Shown here: in pieces, positions 1 through 9,500 of the stretch
How positions within the stretch are numbered: position 1 is the first letter of the stretch
Layout of the letters: each line of letters starts with the position of its first letter
Assembly (NCBI GenBank): GCA_021851895.1
Contig: JAJZQJ010000002.1
Span: 5,046 to 69,045, forward strand
DNA from: a bacterium
GTDB taxonomy: Bacteria > Patescibacteriota > Minisyncoccia > Phycocordibacterales > UBA6899
DNA: 64,000 nucleotides
Reading direction: 5' to 3'
Notes under the pieces: model-generated
Database searches by the model: none
Seen by the model: the letters and a program-made list of their open reading frames with translations, nothing else
What the model was told of the DNA's origin: nothing
Program-made: the position numbers and the translations under genes

Positions 1-1
1 T

Positions 2-334
2 AAGCATGATTCTTACCAAGAAGAATGCGAACTTGTTGAGGTGATTGTGGACACATTGTCTCTCGGGGTTGGGGTGAGCAAGGAGCTTGTTTGGAATTCT
101 CTAGTGCAAGCATACATGTCTGGTTTAGACATTACCTCACCCGAATTCTTAGAAAACATGGGAGAGACGCTTAATTCTGACCTATTTTCTTCTGTTGCTT
201 TTGCGCGCATCACGAATCTGTGGGATGCGGTATATAACAGAAGATCAACGAATATTCCTGACCTAGTTCAGAAGTTTAAGGAACTAAAGGAGACTCTTGA
301 GCATGAAGATCATGCAAAAAAAGAAACTGAATAG
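2..334 (+). CDS. C-terminal fragment of an unknown protein whose reading frame runs in from upstream of the window
   Basis: The frame is open from nt 2 with no upstream stop and ends at TAG 332-334. The track ORF 41..334 begins at an internal GTG. No recognizable motifs. Confidence 0.3.
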   Translation, partial: KHDSYQEECELVEVIVDTLSLGVGVSKELVWNSLVQAYMSGLDITSPEFLENMGETLNSDLFSSVAFARITNLWDAVYNRRSTNIPDLVQKFKELKETLEHEDHAKKETE

Positions 335-531
335 TTTGTATTGCTTAGCACAAATGGGCATATGTCACTGTGCTACGTCGTGAGAAGGGATAATCTCGTT
401 TGGGATCAAGGGAATGGCCCCCTTGATCCCCGATATCATCTCACGATTTCAGCAATGGCTAAAAAGGACGCGCAGGCGTTCTTTTCATTTGCCTTTCTCG
501 GTCGCAAACAAGGCAGCAGCGATAGAATACA

Positions 532-560
532 TTGACATAATACAAATACTATATTATAAT
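532..560 (+). promoter_or_regulatory. consensus sigma70-type promoter (TTGACA-17nt-TATAAT) upstream of ORF 610
   Basis: TTGACA at 532-537, a 17-nt spacer and TATAAT at 555-560. GGGAGG RBS at 600-605, 4 nt before ATG 610. Confidence 0.6.
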
Positions 561-609
561 ATTCTCGACAAGATCTTTAAATTTCACGCACTCTTTTTGG
601 GAGGTAGCA

Positions 610-1161
610 ATGATTCTCGTCGAATACCGTCGTTTTAACGGCGCCGAGGCGCCCGTCATGGTCCACACAAGGACGAGCGCCGATGCGCTCACGAGTCTCG
701 TCAAGTACGAGATCGGGTTTGGTGGTCGCATTATCGAGGTCACCGCGACGCGCGTCGTGGTTTCCACGACGGTGCTGGGCTGCAAGGATGTCGTCATCTT
801 TTCCGGAGATGTGGAGGAGATGCGCCGCCTCGTGCTCGCCGCGCAGGCTGCCACCTACGTCTTCTCCGAGAAGGAGAGCGTACGCGCACTCGCCGAGGGG
901 ACCATCGACGCGATGAAGCAGTGTGGTGCCGATGAGCATGGGCGCATGCGTCCCTTCCTCTCCGCGCACCTCGCGCCCCTCATTGCTGGAGGTGCGGTCG
1001 GGAAGATCGCGCTCTTCGCTGCGATGGAAGTTGAGGATGATTCCGCGCTTCGCCGTCTTTCTCCGCTTTCGCTCGACCAGCTCGTCGAGCTCGCCGAGGT
1101 TGCTGCGTCCACGGGGGCCACGCTCATGGAGTGCGCTACTGTTCTCGGCTGCGTCGCGTAG
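610..1161 (+). CDS. hypothetical protein (GC-rich gene)
   Basis: 183-aa ORF with a strong RBS and a consensus promoter upstream. Balanced amino-acid composition, whereas antisense ORFs are R/S-rich. No recognizable domain. Followed by a hairpin and T-run at 1176-1204. Confidence 0.5.
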   Translation: MILVEYRRFNGAEAPVMVHTRTSADALTSLVKYEIGFGGRIIEVTATRVVVSTTVLGCKDVVIFSGDVEEMRRLVLAAQAATYVFSEKESVRALAEGTIDAMKQCGADEHGRMRPFLSAHLAPLIAGGAVGKIALFAAMEVEDDSALRRLSPLSLDQLVELAEVAASTGATLMECATVLGCVA

Positions 1162-1175
1162 CTGCCAAAGGTTTT

Positions 1176-1204
1176 CCAGTTGTCCTCAACAACTGGTTTT
1201 TTCT
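1176..1204 (+). terminator. intrinsic terminator (CCAGTTGT..ACAACTGG + T-run)
   Basis: 8-bp GC-containing stem followed by TTTTTTCTTTT. Confidence 0.55.
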
Positions 1205-1310
1205 TTTCCAATATCGTGGTGCATGCATGCTATACTTTGTACATGAAAAGAGTCTCGTGTGATCAGGAGGCAGGGGGAGTGCGTTTGAATTTTGGTCGAA
1301 TGCAATAGAT

Positions 1311-2510
1311 ATGAAAAAACATTCCTTATTCACACTTTTGCGTACGGCGCTCTATATAGGTGCGACGGGGTATGGAGGCCCTGCGATCATCATGCAAATG
1401 AAAAAGCACATGGTCGATGAACGCGCATGCGTCACTGAGTCAGAATTTTTTGAGACGCTCGGACTCGCACAAATACTTCCCGGATCGACTGGTGTATCGG
1501 TAATGAGTGGTCTTGGGTTTCGTAAATATGGTTTGATCGGCGGTCTTCTTGCTCCGCTTTTTTATGTCCTGCCCGCGACAATAGCGATGCTCATCCTTTC
1601 ATGGGCATATTTTCGTTATGGGCATTTGTCGATCGTATCAACATTATTTCTCGGCCTCGGCGCGCTCGTCGTTGCGTTGCTCCTCAACGCAACCATTGGT
1701 CTCGGGAGCTCGGTGTTTGGCACTCGGTGGCCTGTCGATTGGAGGGCGCCGCTCATCGCAACATTCGCTTTCGTCGAAGTTGTATTCTTTGATTTCAATA
1801 TCATCGCGATGATTCTCGTTTCTGGGCTACTCGGACTCCTTCTCTACCGTTTGCCGGGTATCCATCGTACACATGGCAAGGATGCTTTAGGTGAAGTGCT
1901 TTCTGCTCCAACGCCGACACGAAAAATCGGCTTGCAGCGGTATGATCCATTGATCATATTTGGAATTGTCTTCCTCTTTGTGACACTGCTCACCGTGCCG
2001 GCTTTTAGCAACATCGTGATGACATTTTTCGGAATCGGCAGCATTGCGTTTGGTGGTGGGTTTGCGGCGATTCCAATCATGCAACATCAGATCGTTGGTG
2101 GTATGCATTGGCTTGATCTCCCTGATTTCATTAATGGAATCGCACTTGGGCAAATCACTCCAGGACCCGTCTTCATCACGACAACTTTCGTCGGTTACCG
2201 CGTTGCGGGTATATGGGGAGGCATCGTCGCGACTTTTGCAGTATTCTTGCCGTCTATCTTTCTTATTATGGGGGTATCGAACTTTCATAAACAGGTATTG
2301 TCTTCGGTTTCCGTGCGCTCTATCGTGAGTGGTTTCCTTTCGGGATTTATCGGCCTACTCGCAGCGATCACGCTGCAGTTCGGCGGCGAGATGTTGATCT
2401 CTTGGAAGGCGTGGTACATCTTTGCGGGTTCCGTAGTGTGGATCATACTCCTTAAAAAGAATCCGGGTTGGGCGATCATTGGTGCCGTGGGGCTCGCTTT
2501 GCTGCTCTAG
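1311..2510 (+). CDS. chrA: chromate ion transporter (CHR family, two CHR domains)
   Basis: 399 aa with about 12 TM segments. Duplicated CHR signature regions (GYGGPA.., GFGGGFAAIPIM.., ITPGPV) typical of ChrA. Confidence 0.8.
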   Translation: MKKHSLFTLLRTALYIGATGYGGPAIIMQMKKHMVDERACVTESEFFETLGLAQILPGSTGVSVMSGLGFRKYGLIGGLLAPLFYVLPATIAMLILSWAYFRYGHLSIVSTLFLGLGALVVALLLNATIGLGSSVFGTRWPVDWRAPLIATFAFVEVVFFDFNIIAMILVSGLLGLLLYRLPGIHRTHGKDALGEVLSAPTPTRKIGLQRYDPLIIFGIVFLFVTLLTVPAFSNIVMTFFGIGSIAFGGGFAAIPIMQHQIVGGMHWLDLPDFINGIALGQITPGPVFITTTFVGYRVAGIWGGIVATFAVFLPSIFLIMGVSNFHKQVLSSVSVRSIVSGFLSGFIGLLAAITLQFGGEMLISWKAWYIFAGSVVWIILLKKNPGWAIIGAVGLALLL

Positions 2511-2532
2511 TACGGACTGTTATACTATCTCT

Positions 2533-3396
2533 ATGCGAAATGCACGTACAAAACATATCCTTGAGAGCATCATCCTCATTGTTGCACTCGTCTGGATAGG
2601 GCTCTATCTCCTTGCAGGGGAGAAGACCGAACTTGAGAAAGCGACCCCGTCTGCTCCAGTCAACGTCGTGCCCGTTCCTGCTGCAACGAGTTCCGTTGAT
2701 CTTCCTGCTCCAACAACAAAAACACCGCCAGTGCAGCCTATTGTGAAGGATACGGTTACGCTTGCCATGGGGGAGACCGCGGTCTTAAGCGGTATTTCTA
2801 TCACTCCCTCAGAAGTCATTGAGGACAGCAGGTGCCCACTCGGTGTTATGTGTATTCAGGCGGGGCGGGTCCGATTGCGCGCTATTTTGAATATTGGTTC
2901 GGAGACTGGTTCACCGATATTTTTAGTTGGAGAGCCCGTACTTACAGATAATGGTACGGTGACGTTGATCGGAGTAGACCCGATCAAACGACGCGATGTC
3001 GAAATCGGAAATTCTGATTACCATTTCACTTTTAAGGTAACGGATGAGCACATGGTCTACTTGAATGCGGCGACGAGTACTGTTGTTGTCGCGACACCGC
3101 AACCGGGTGCTGTTGTGGGGAAGACGTTTACTGTAAAAGGGCAAGCATGGGGGAATTGGTTCTTCGAGGGGTCATTTCCCGTCGTCCTGCGTGACCAAAT
3201 GGATACGGTTATCTCCACGGGTATCGCCAAAGCAGATACTGATTGGATGAAGGATGCGTTCGTGCCATTTACCGCGAAAATTGTCGCGCCGAATACCTAC
3301 TCAGGACCCGCGACACTTGTTTTAAAAAAGGATAATCCATCAGGCCTCCCCGCAAATGATGCTTCAGTTGCGTGGTTGGTCCATGTGGAATACTAA
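2533..3396 (+). CDS. membrane-anchored secreted protein with Pro/Thr-rich linker and C-terminal Gmad2-like immunoglobulin-like domain
   Basis: N-terminal TM anchor and a PT-rich linker. The C-terminal about 110 aa resemble the GerM/Gmad2 Ig-like domain. The ATG at 2533 is preferred over the track's TTG at 2479, which overlaps the chrA end. Confidence 0.5.
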   Translation: MRNARTKHILESIILIVALVWIGLYLLAGEKTELEKATPSAPVNVVPVPAATSSVDLPAPTTKTPPVQPIVKDTVTLAMGETAVLSGISITPSEVIEDSRCPLGVMCIQAGRVRLRAILNIGSETGSPIFLVGEPVLTDNGTVTLIGVDPIKRRDVEIGNSDYHFTFKVTDEHMVYLNAATSTVVVATPQPGAVVGKTFTVKGQAWGNWFFEGSFPVVLRDQMDTVISTGIAKADTDWMKDAFVPFTAKIVAPNTYSGPATLVLKKDNPSGLPANDASVAWLVHVEY

Positions 3397-3417
3397 ACGG
3401 CGAGCGCCGTTTTTTAT
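3395..3417 (+). terminator. intrinsic terminator
   Basis: GC hairpin ACGGCGAGCGCCGT followed by a TTTTTT run. Confidence 0.5.
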
Positions 3418-3513
3418 ACCACTTTGACAACATAAACTATATATTATGTAATTTGACAGATATAAAATATACTGTAGAAAAGGATTAGCGTTCTTTTTCT
3501 GACAGGAGGCTTC

Positions 3514-5259
3514 GTGCCGAGGCAGTTACGTTTCATACGGATTTCGAACAGTCGCAATACGTGGTATATCGTTTCGATATCGACCATATTTGCGATGATC
3601 GTTATGGCTGTCTTCGAATTCTCGCAGCGAGCCATTCATCCCGACATCACTTATACGGAGTCGCGAATCTACACCATCTTTTTTGTTGGTGCGATCGTAG
3701 GTTTGGTCGCCTATTACATCAAGCAGCGAGAAAACAGTTTTATCGCTGAAAAGAATAGGGCACAGCGCACGCTCCGTGAAAACGAAGTGCGTTTTCAAAA
3801 GTTGGTCTCGCACGTCCCAGGTGCGGTCTATCAATTCCGGCGCGACCCTTCCGGGAAATACTCGGTGCCATTCGCAACGGAGGGCCTCACCGAACTTTTT
3901 GGTTGCAGCCCGGAGGAGGTGAGAGATTCCTATGATCCGATCGCCGCAATCGTCGTTCCCGACGATCTTCCTGGCCTTCTCGAGTCGTTTGAGCTGTCTG
4001 CGGCGAGTCTTTCGATGCGCCAGCATGAATTCAGGGTAAAGATTCCGGGTCAGCCGATGAAATGGCTACTGAGTCACTCGACTCCCGAGTGTATTGAAGA
4101 TGGTAGCGTGCTTTGGCATGGTCATGTCGCCGATATCACGAAATATCGCCTCGCGGGTGAAGAGCGGATGCGCTTACAAAAACTCGAATCACTCGGAGTG
4201 CTCGCAGGGGGTATCGCGCATGATTTCAATAACATTTTGACCGCGATTATGGCCAACGCTTCTATGGCGAACCTCACCGCGCGCGACGAGGTGCAAAACG
4301 ATTCGCTTTCCGCAATCGTCAAGGCATCGGAGCGAGCCGCAGGTCTCACTCAGCAATTGCTCGCATTTGCGCGGGGTGGTATACCCTCTACGCAAGTCGC
4401 TTCGATCGCTGACGTGATAAAGGACTCTGCTGAGTTCATTCTCGGTAAGAGTTCGAAATCCGTCTGCGAGATGGATATTGCGGATGATCTTTGGTTGGTC
4501 GACATCGACGGATCGCAGATCGCACAGGTCATACAGAATCTCGTATTGAACGCCGATCAAGCGATGCCTGATGGGGGAAAGATAAAAATTCTTGCAAGGA
4601 ATGTCACTAACCCTCCATCGATCTCTGAAAAAGGGGATTTCGTTCACATCTCGGTCATTGACAAGGGTATCGGGATCCCTAAAGAATCCTTCGACAGTAT
4701 TTTCGAGCCCTACTTCACCACGAAGGGTGCGGGCTCGGGTTTGGGTCTTTCTGTCGTGTTTCGTATCATCGAGAAGCATAAAGGGAGGATCGTGGTGAGC
4801 TCGAAGCAGGGGAAGGGGAGTACGTTCTGTATCTTCTTGCCTGCGGACCATTCGAAGTCGAAGCCTGTTCCGACGATTGATGACGACGCATCTGTTTCGA
4901 AGACATACAAGATCCTTGCGATGGATGATGATCTGATGATGCAGGAAGTGCTGAATGAGGCCCTTTCGATGCTCGGACATCGTGTGACCATGACGGGGAA
5001 TGGAGATGAGGCGATCGATGCGTATCGGACGACCGCTTTCACGGGAGAGCCTTTCGATCTCGTCATCTTAGACTTGACCATCCCCGGAGGGATGGGCGGA
5101 GAAGAGACGCTTCGTCGACTCCTCGAGATCAATCCTGATCTCGTTGCGATCATTTCGAGTGGCTATGCTGACCGAATTCCAACCGGTTTCAAGGCCGCGC
5201 TCCCCAAGCCATACAACCTGAAAACCCTCAGTGGGGTGATCAGGGCTGCCATGCTGTAG
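3514..5259 (+). CDS. hybrid sensor histidine kinase (2 TM, PAS, HisKA, HATPase_c, C-terminal receiver domain)
   Basis: H-box GIAHDFNNILTAI; N/G1/G2 boxes (NLVLNADQAM, DKGIGIP, GSGLGLSV). C-terminal REC domain with DLVILDLTIPGGMGG. AGGAGG RBS 9 nt before GTG 3514. Confidence 0.8.
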   Translation: MPRQLRFIRISNSRNTWYIVSISTIFAMIVMAVFEFSQRAIHPDITYTESRIYTIFFVGAIVGLVAYYIKQRENSFIAEKNRAQRTLRENEVRFQKLVSHVPGAVYQFRRDPSGKYSVPFATEGLTELFGCSPEEVRDSYDPIAAIVVPDDLPGLLESFELSAASLSMRQHEFRVKIPGQPMKWLLSHSTPECIEDGSVLWHGHVADITKYRLAGEERMRLQKLESLGVLAGGIAHDFNNILTAIMANASMANLTARDEVQNDSLSAIVKASERAAGLTQQLLAFARGGIPSTQVASIADVIKDSAEFILGKSSKSVCEMDIADDLWLVDIDGSQIAQVIQNLVLNADQAMPDGGKIKILARNVTNPPSISEKGDFVHISVIDKGIGIPKESFDSIFEPYFTTKGAGSGLGLSVVFRIIEKHKGRIVVSSKQGKGSTFCIFLPADHSKSKPVPTIDDDASVSKTYKILAMDDDLMMQEVLNEALSMLGHRVTMTGNGDEAIDAYRTTAFTGEPFDLVILDLTIPGGMGGEETLRRLLEINPDLVAIISSGYADRIPTGFKAALPKPYNLKTLSGVIRAAML

Positions 5260-5286
5260 AACGTTTCTGTACCATAATGAGAAACA

Positions 5287-5309
5287 TATTCGTTTCAGCC
5301 CGCATTGCG
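5287..5309 (+). terminator. intrinsic terminator (AGCCCGC-ATT-GCGGGCT + T6)
   Basis: Perfect 7-bp GC stem with a T-run. TTGACA -35-like hexamer immediately downstream at 5311-5316. Confidence 0.6.
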
Positions 5310-5343
5310 GGCTTTTTTGTTTGACAGCATACTTTTTGGGTGG

Positions 5344-5386
5344 TAAGTTTTACTAATAATTAGATAAACTAATTATCTAAACTTAC
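5344..5386 (+). promoter_or_regulatory. nested palindrome (candidate MarR operator) abutting the marR start codon
   Basis: Outer inverted repeat GTAAGTTT (5344-5351) / AAACTTAC (5379-5386). Inner inverted repeat TTAGATAA (5360-5367) / TTATCTAA (5373-5380). marR ATG at 5388. Confidence 0.5.
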
Positions 5387-5387
5387 T

Positions 5388-5801
5388 ATGACTACAGAAA
5401 AAGATCTCGAGGATATCATCCTTGGCTTTCACCGAAAGCTCATCGAGGAGCTTCAAAAGGAGGCTGAGCGTTTGCATATTACTCCATCACAGCTGCAGGT
5501 CCTGCAGTGTATCTCGGAAAGGGAACATCCAACGATGAAGGATATTGCGAACGAATTGCGCATCACTCCTCCATCAGTAACGACGATCGTCGAATCATTG
5601 CATGATCAAGGTTTCGTGCGAAGGGAAGAGGATCAGAACGATCGTCGCGTTGTGCGCATTTCGATCACGCCAAAGACGTACAAGATGTACTCCTCGCTTA
5701 AAGATGCGAAATTCATCGTGCTGAAGAATCTCTTTGCAAAGTTGAGTGAAGAAGATAGGTCCGCACTCAGTAAGATCATAACCAAGATCATCAATACATA
5801 A
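5388..5801 (+). CDS. MarR family transcriptional regulator
   Basis: 137 aa. Winged-HTH region ITPSQLQVLQCI...MKDIANELRITPPSVTTIVESLHDQGFVRREEDQNDRRVVRISITPKT is typical of MarR. Confidence 0.8.
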   Translation: MTTEKDLEDIILGFHRKLIEELQKEAERLHITPSQLQVLQCISEREHPTMKDIANELRITPPSVTTIVESLHDQGFVRREEDQNDRRVVRISITPKTYKMYSSLKDAKFIVLKNLFAKLSEEDRSALSKIITKIINT

Positions 5802-5805
5802 TCAT

Positions 5806-6891
5806 ATGAAACATAAGATATTACACATACTCAATAAACCTACGCAAGTGATCGGTGTCACCGCGGTGCTCGCGCTGATCGCAGGTGCTTTTATTTATCG
5901 TTACGTCGGTGTTGCACCAGAGGTGCATATCGAGGAGGGGATAAAGAAGACCGCATCGCTTGTTGGAGGCTACCGTGATGGCGATGAGGTCAATCTCGCG
6001 TTTCCAAAAGGCGGACGCGTTAATGAGGTCACTGTAAAAGTCGGTGATCACGTCCATAAGGGTGATGTGCTCGCACAGCTCGATGCGATCGATGCCGAAG
6101 GTATGGTCAATCAAGCACGCGGCGCACTTGCAGTAGCGCAGGCAAATTACGAGAAGACATTAAGCGGTGCGACGGGTGCAGATATCGATGTCCTGAAGGC
6201 AGCCGTCGATAGAGCTCAGAGTAATCTCGACAAGACAAAGGAGACACAAAATATCGCAGTAAAGAATGCATATTTCAATCTCTTGAATTCAACCATTCAA
6301 GCATTTCCATCAGATGGAACGAGTGATGATTCCGCTCCAGTGATTTCGGGAACATACAATCTCGGCACCGTAGGCGATATCAATCTCGAATTCTTCCATA
6401 GTACAGGGGGAAGCGGTGTCGCATTCCGTGCTTCAGGTATGGCTACGGGCACGGGTCAGATCAATCTTATCAACGAGCAGCCCATTGGTGATTCTGGCCT
6501 TTATGTGAAATTTAAGGACAGTATGCAGATCCAGAATGAACATTGGACGATCAGTATACCAAATAAGAAAGCGCCAAATTATCTCGCAAATCTTAATGCC
6601 TATCAGTCTGCGTTCCGCGTACGTGACCAGATGGTCTCAGATGCACAAGCTGCACTCGAGCAGGCAAAGAGTGTGCTCGTTGCAAGGCAGGCAGCAGCGC
6701 GCCCAGAGGATGTTGCTATTGCTCGCGCAGGCGTTGAAGCTACACAGGGTGCACTCCATATCGCAGAGGGTGCATATAACAACAATTTCATTTACGCGCC
6801 CGAGGATGGTGATGTCACTATGGTGAATATAAAGTCTGGTGAGATCGCGGTCATGAATCAGCGCATCATTACGATGATCGTAAAGAAGTAA
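5806..6891 (+). CDS. periplasmic adaptor / HlyD-family membrane fusion protein
   Basis: N-terminal TM anchor, biotin-lipoyl-like hairpin (VTVKVGDHVHKGDVLAQLD) and coiled-coil segments. In an operon with the MFS DHA2 transporter. Confidence 0.55.
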   Translation: MKHKILHILNKPTQVIGVTAVLALIAGAFIYRYVGVAPEVHIEEGIKKTASLVGGYRDGDEVNLAFPKGGRVNEVTVKVGDHVHKGDVLAQLDAIDAEGMVNQARGALAVAQANYEKTLSGATGADIDVLKAAVDRAQSNLDKTKETQNIAVKNAYFNLLNSTIQAFPSDGTSDDSAPVISGTYNLGTVGDINLEFFHSTGGSGVAFRASGMATGTGQINLINEQPIGDSGLYVKFKDSMQIQNEHWTISIPNKKAPNYLANLNAYQSAFRVRDQMVSDAQAALEQAKSVLVARQAAARPEDVAIARAGVEATQGALHIAEGAYNNNFIYAPEDGDVTMVNIKSGEIAVMNQRIITMIVKK

Positions 6892-6901
6892 TCTGACATA
6901 T

Positions 6902-7558
6902 ATGGAAGAACACAACAATAAGGGAGATGAACTCCTTAAGAAGAACGTCGTACGGAAGCCATGGATGAAAAGCGTCGTCGGTATCGTACTTATTCTCGTT
7001 GCCCTCGCGGCATTCACCTATTGGAGAATGGAATGGAAGAGGGTAAGTATCGAGAATGCATCGATCGAGGCCCCGATCATCGATCTTTCAGCCACTGCAC
7101 CAGGAATCCTCTCAGAGATCTATGTCTCTTCGGGAGATACTGTTCCTGCAAATACCGCGGTTGCAAAGGTGGGCAATGAGCTCATATTCACGAAGATCGC
7201 AGGACTCATTGTGAACGTCAATCGCCAGGAAGGACAATACTTCAACCCCGGTGTTCCTGTCGTGTCGATGATCGACACAAAGGAAGAGAAGGTGCTCGGA
7301 AAGATCGATGAGGATAAGGGCCTCGTTGATCTCAAGGTGGGGCAGCCTGCAACCTTCACTGTCGATGCATTTGGTAGTAAGCGATTCGAGGGATATGTTT
7401 CCTCGATCAGTCCAATGTCGAATCAAAGCGGCGTCATGTTTAACATCTCGGACAAACGCGAGATAAAACAGTTCGACGTCAAAGTGACGTTTGACGGTGC
7501 GCGCTATCCGATGCTGAAGCAAGGCATGTCTGCGAAGATCACTGTCTATACGAATTAA
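6902..7558 (+). CDS. HlyD family secretion protein (short EmrA-like adaptor)
   Basis: N-terminal TM anchor. Lipoyl-like motif (IYVSSGDTVPANTAVAKVG) and beta-barrel region (VGQPATFTVDAF...ISP). Confidence 0.6.
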   Translation: MEEHNNKGDELLKKNVVRKPWMKSVVGIVLILVALAAFTYWRMEWKRVSIENASIEAPIIDLSATAPGILSEIYVSSGDTVPANTAVAKVGNELIFTKIAGLIVNVNRQEGQYFNPGVPVVSMIDTKEEKVLGKIDEDKGLVDLKVGQPATFTVDAFGSKRFEGYVSSISPMSNQSGVMFNISDKREIKQFDVKVTFDGARYPMLKQGMSAKITVYTN

Positions 7559-7561
7559 TGT

Positions 7562-9046
7562 ATGACTGAACGATCTCAAGAAAAATTGAAGTGGATGGTT
7601 TTGCTGACCGTTATAGTGGGAACATTCTTGGGAAGACTCGATCAGACGATCGTGAATCTCGCATTGCCAAAGATGATCGATTCGTTCGGCATCACAGTTG
7701 CTTCCGCGGGGTGGATATCAACCGCATATATCCTCGCGAATGCGATCTTTGTGCCGATCTGGGGGAAACTTGGCGATACTCTGGGGCGTAAGAAGGTTTA
7801 CCTCATTGGTTTCTCGATCTTCATTTTTGGTTCAGTGCTCGCGGGATTCGCATGGAACTTAAGTTCCATGATCGTCTTTCGCATCATCCAGGCGATAGCC
7901 GGTTCCGCTGACTATCCGACCGCGATGTCGATCATCGCGGTGACCTTTGCGGAAGGGAAGGATCGCGCGAAAGCGCTTGGCATCTGGTCCGGCTCTTTTG
8001 CTGCTGCAGCAGTTTTCGGGCCTCTTCTCGGCGGCCCGTTGATCGATACGTTTGGTTGGCGTTCGGTCTTCCTTGTGAATCTTCCGATCGGCATCCTCGG
8101 TATCGTTATGGCAATGCGTTATATCAATGAGTCTCGTTCCGAAATCCGTTCGAAGCATTTCGATTGGTGGGGTGCGATCACGCTTGGCGCATCGCTCTCT
8201 GCGCTCGTCTTAGTGCTCGATAAGGGGCTCAGTTGGGGTTGGCTCTCAATGAACAGCATGCTTTCCTATGTTGCGACGATACTTTTCCTTTGGCTCTTTA
8301 TATTCATAGAGCACCATTCGGAGGAGCCGATCGTCGACCTGAAATTCTTTAAGATCCCTGCATTCGTCAACGTGCTTATGAATAACTTTATTGTATTCAT
8401 GGGCATGATGGGAAGCATGTTTCTTCTTCCCGTCTTCGCGCAGACGTTCCTGGGTTATTCTGCAACGGAGACCGGCTTCTTATTCATGCCGATGGTCGTT
8501 GCCATGATGTCCGCATCGATCTTGGGAGGCAATCTCACTGGAAAAGTGTCCTCGCGCATGGTCATCTTTTGGAGCACCTTGATCGCAGCGATCGGTACCT
8601 TCATGTTTATTGGCATCGATGCGAAATCGACCGCCGCTGATCTCATCTTGCCACTCATGGTAATGGCGTTTGGTCTTGGCCTCGGTATGGCGCAGCGAAC
8701 GAATATCATCGCTTCGCTTGTGGATCCACACGAGATCGGTATTGCTTCGTCGGTCCTTGCGCTCGTGCGTAACATCGCGGGAGCATTCGGCATCGCGCTC
8801 TTTGCAACGTATCTCACGAAGTCGATAGAGAACAACGTGCTTATCATCAATCACTTCAGTACGCTGCGCGCGCATGATCCTGCGACAATAGCGACGTATG
8901 TGCAGCTGGTGATCTTGAAGGCGCAGATCAATGCCTATAAGGATGTCTATATACTCGCAGCACTCGTCATATTTATCGGTGCGATCGTTGCATTATTCCT
9001 TCGCGTCAAAAACGAGGATACTACGGCAGTCGTCCACGTCGAATAA
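7562..9046 (+). CDS. MFS transporter, DHA2 (EmrB/QacA) family, 14 TMS
   Basis: 494 aa. N-terminal signature LLTVIVGTFLGRLDQTIVNLALP and GKLGDTLGRKK motif. 14 predicted TM helices. Confidence 0.8.
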   Translation: MTERSQEKLKWMVLLTVIVGTFLGRLDQTIVNLALPKMIDSFGITVASAGWISTAYILANAIFVPIWGKLGDTLGRKKVYLIGFSIFIFGSVLAGFAWNLSSMIVFRIIQAIAGSADYPTAMSIIAVTFAEGKDRAKALGIWSGSFAAAAVFGPLLGGPLIDTFGWRSVFLVNLPIGILGIVMAMRYINESRSEIRSKHFDWWGAITLGASLSALVLVLDKGLSWGWLSMNSMLSYVATILFLWLFIFIEHHSEEPIVDLKFFKIPAFVNVLMNNFIVFMGMMGSMFLLPVFAQTFLGYSATETGFLFMPMVVAMMSASILGGNLTGKVSSRMVIFWSTLIAAIGTFMFIGIDAKSTAADLILPLMVMAFGLGLGMAQRTNIIASLVDPHEIGIASSVLALVRNIAGAFGIALFATYLTKSIENNVLIINHFSTLRAHDPATIATYVQLVILKAQINAYKDVYILAALVIFIGAIVALFLRVKNEDTTAVVHVE

Positions 9047-9049
9047 AAT

Positions 9050-9079
9050 AAAAACATGCACCATGGGTGCATGTTTTTA
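9050..9079. terminator. bidirectional intrinsic terminator between MFS (+) and dgkA (-)
   Basis: AAAAACATGCACC-ATGG-GTGCATGTTTTT, a perfect hairpin flanked by A- and T-runs. Confidence 0.65.
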
Positions 9080-9466
9080 TTTGATGATATGAGGAACGAA
9101 TATGATGAGGCCTACGGCAAGTGCGATGATCGCAGTGATGAGTACTGCCCCTGCAGCAACGTCTTTGGTGTCCCTGGCATAGGGGTGTTCGTCAGGGGAG
9201 GTGAGGTCGATATCGATCTCTATTGCGGTATTGAAAGCCTCTGCGGCGATGACCATGCCGGAAGTCATGATGAGGAGTATCCATTCGATCTTCGAGATCT
9301 TGAAATACCACGCGAGGCAAAGCGCGAGCACAAAAGCAATGAGATGGATCCAGGCATTGTGTGTGCTTTTAATGAAGACCACAATGCCTCTCCCTGCATG
9401 AGTGAAGCTCTTTGCGCGCCTAACGATAGAGAAACGCTTTTTTTCTGAGAGAAGTCTTTCGTGCAT
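9077..9466 (-). CDS. dgkA: diacylglycerol kinase / undecaprenol kinase (DgkA family)
   Basis: About 129 aa with 3 TM helices. Motifs RAKSFTHAGRGI and EAFNTAIE are characteristic of prokaryotic DgkA. The start is set at ATG 9466, which lies 6 nt downstream of TGGTATAAT (leaderless pattern). The track ORF extends to 9532. Confidence 0.7.
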   Translation of the reverse strand: MHERLLSEKKRFSIVRRAKSFTHAGRGIVVFIKSTHNAWIHLIAFVLALCLAWYFKISKIEWILLIMTSGMVIAAEAFNTAIEIDIDLTSPDEHPYARDTKDVAAGAVLITAIIALAVGLIIFVPHIIK

Positions 9467-9500
9467 GCTGCTATTATACCAAAAGGAGGGGGTGTGAGAA

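Noticed and set aside
577-1246. several 100-130-aa ORFs overlapping ORF 610-1161 on both strands
   Set aside because: GC-driven alternate-frame ORFs with R/S/P-rich translations. Only the 610-1161 frame has a promoter and RBS.
4189-4980. 263-aa antisense ORF inside the hybrid histidine kinase
   Set aside because: It overlaps conserved HisKA/HATPase coding sequence and has no independent support.
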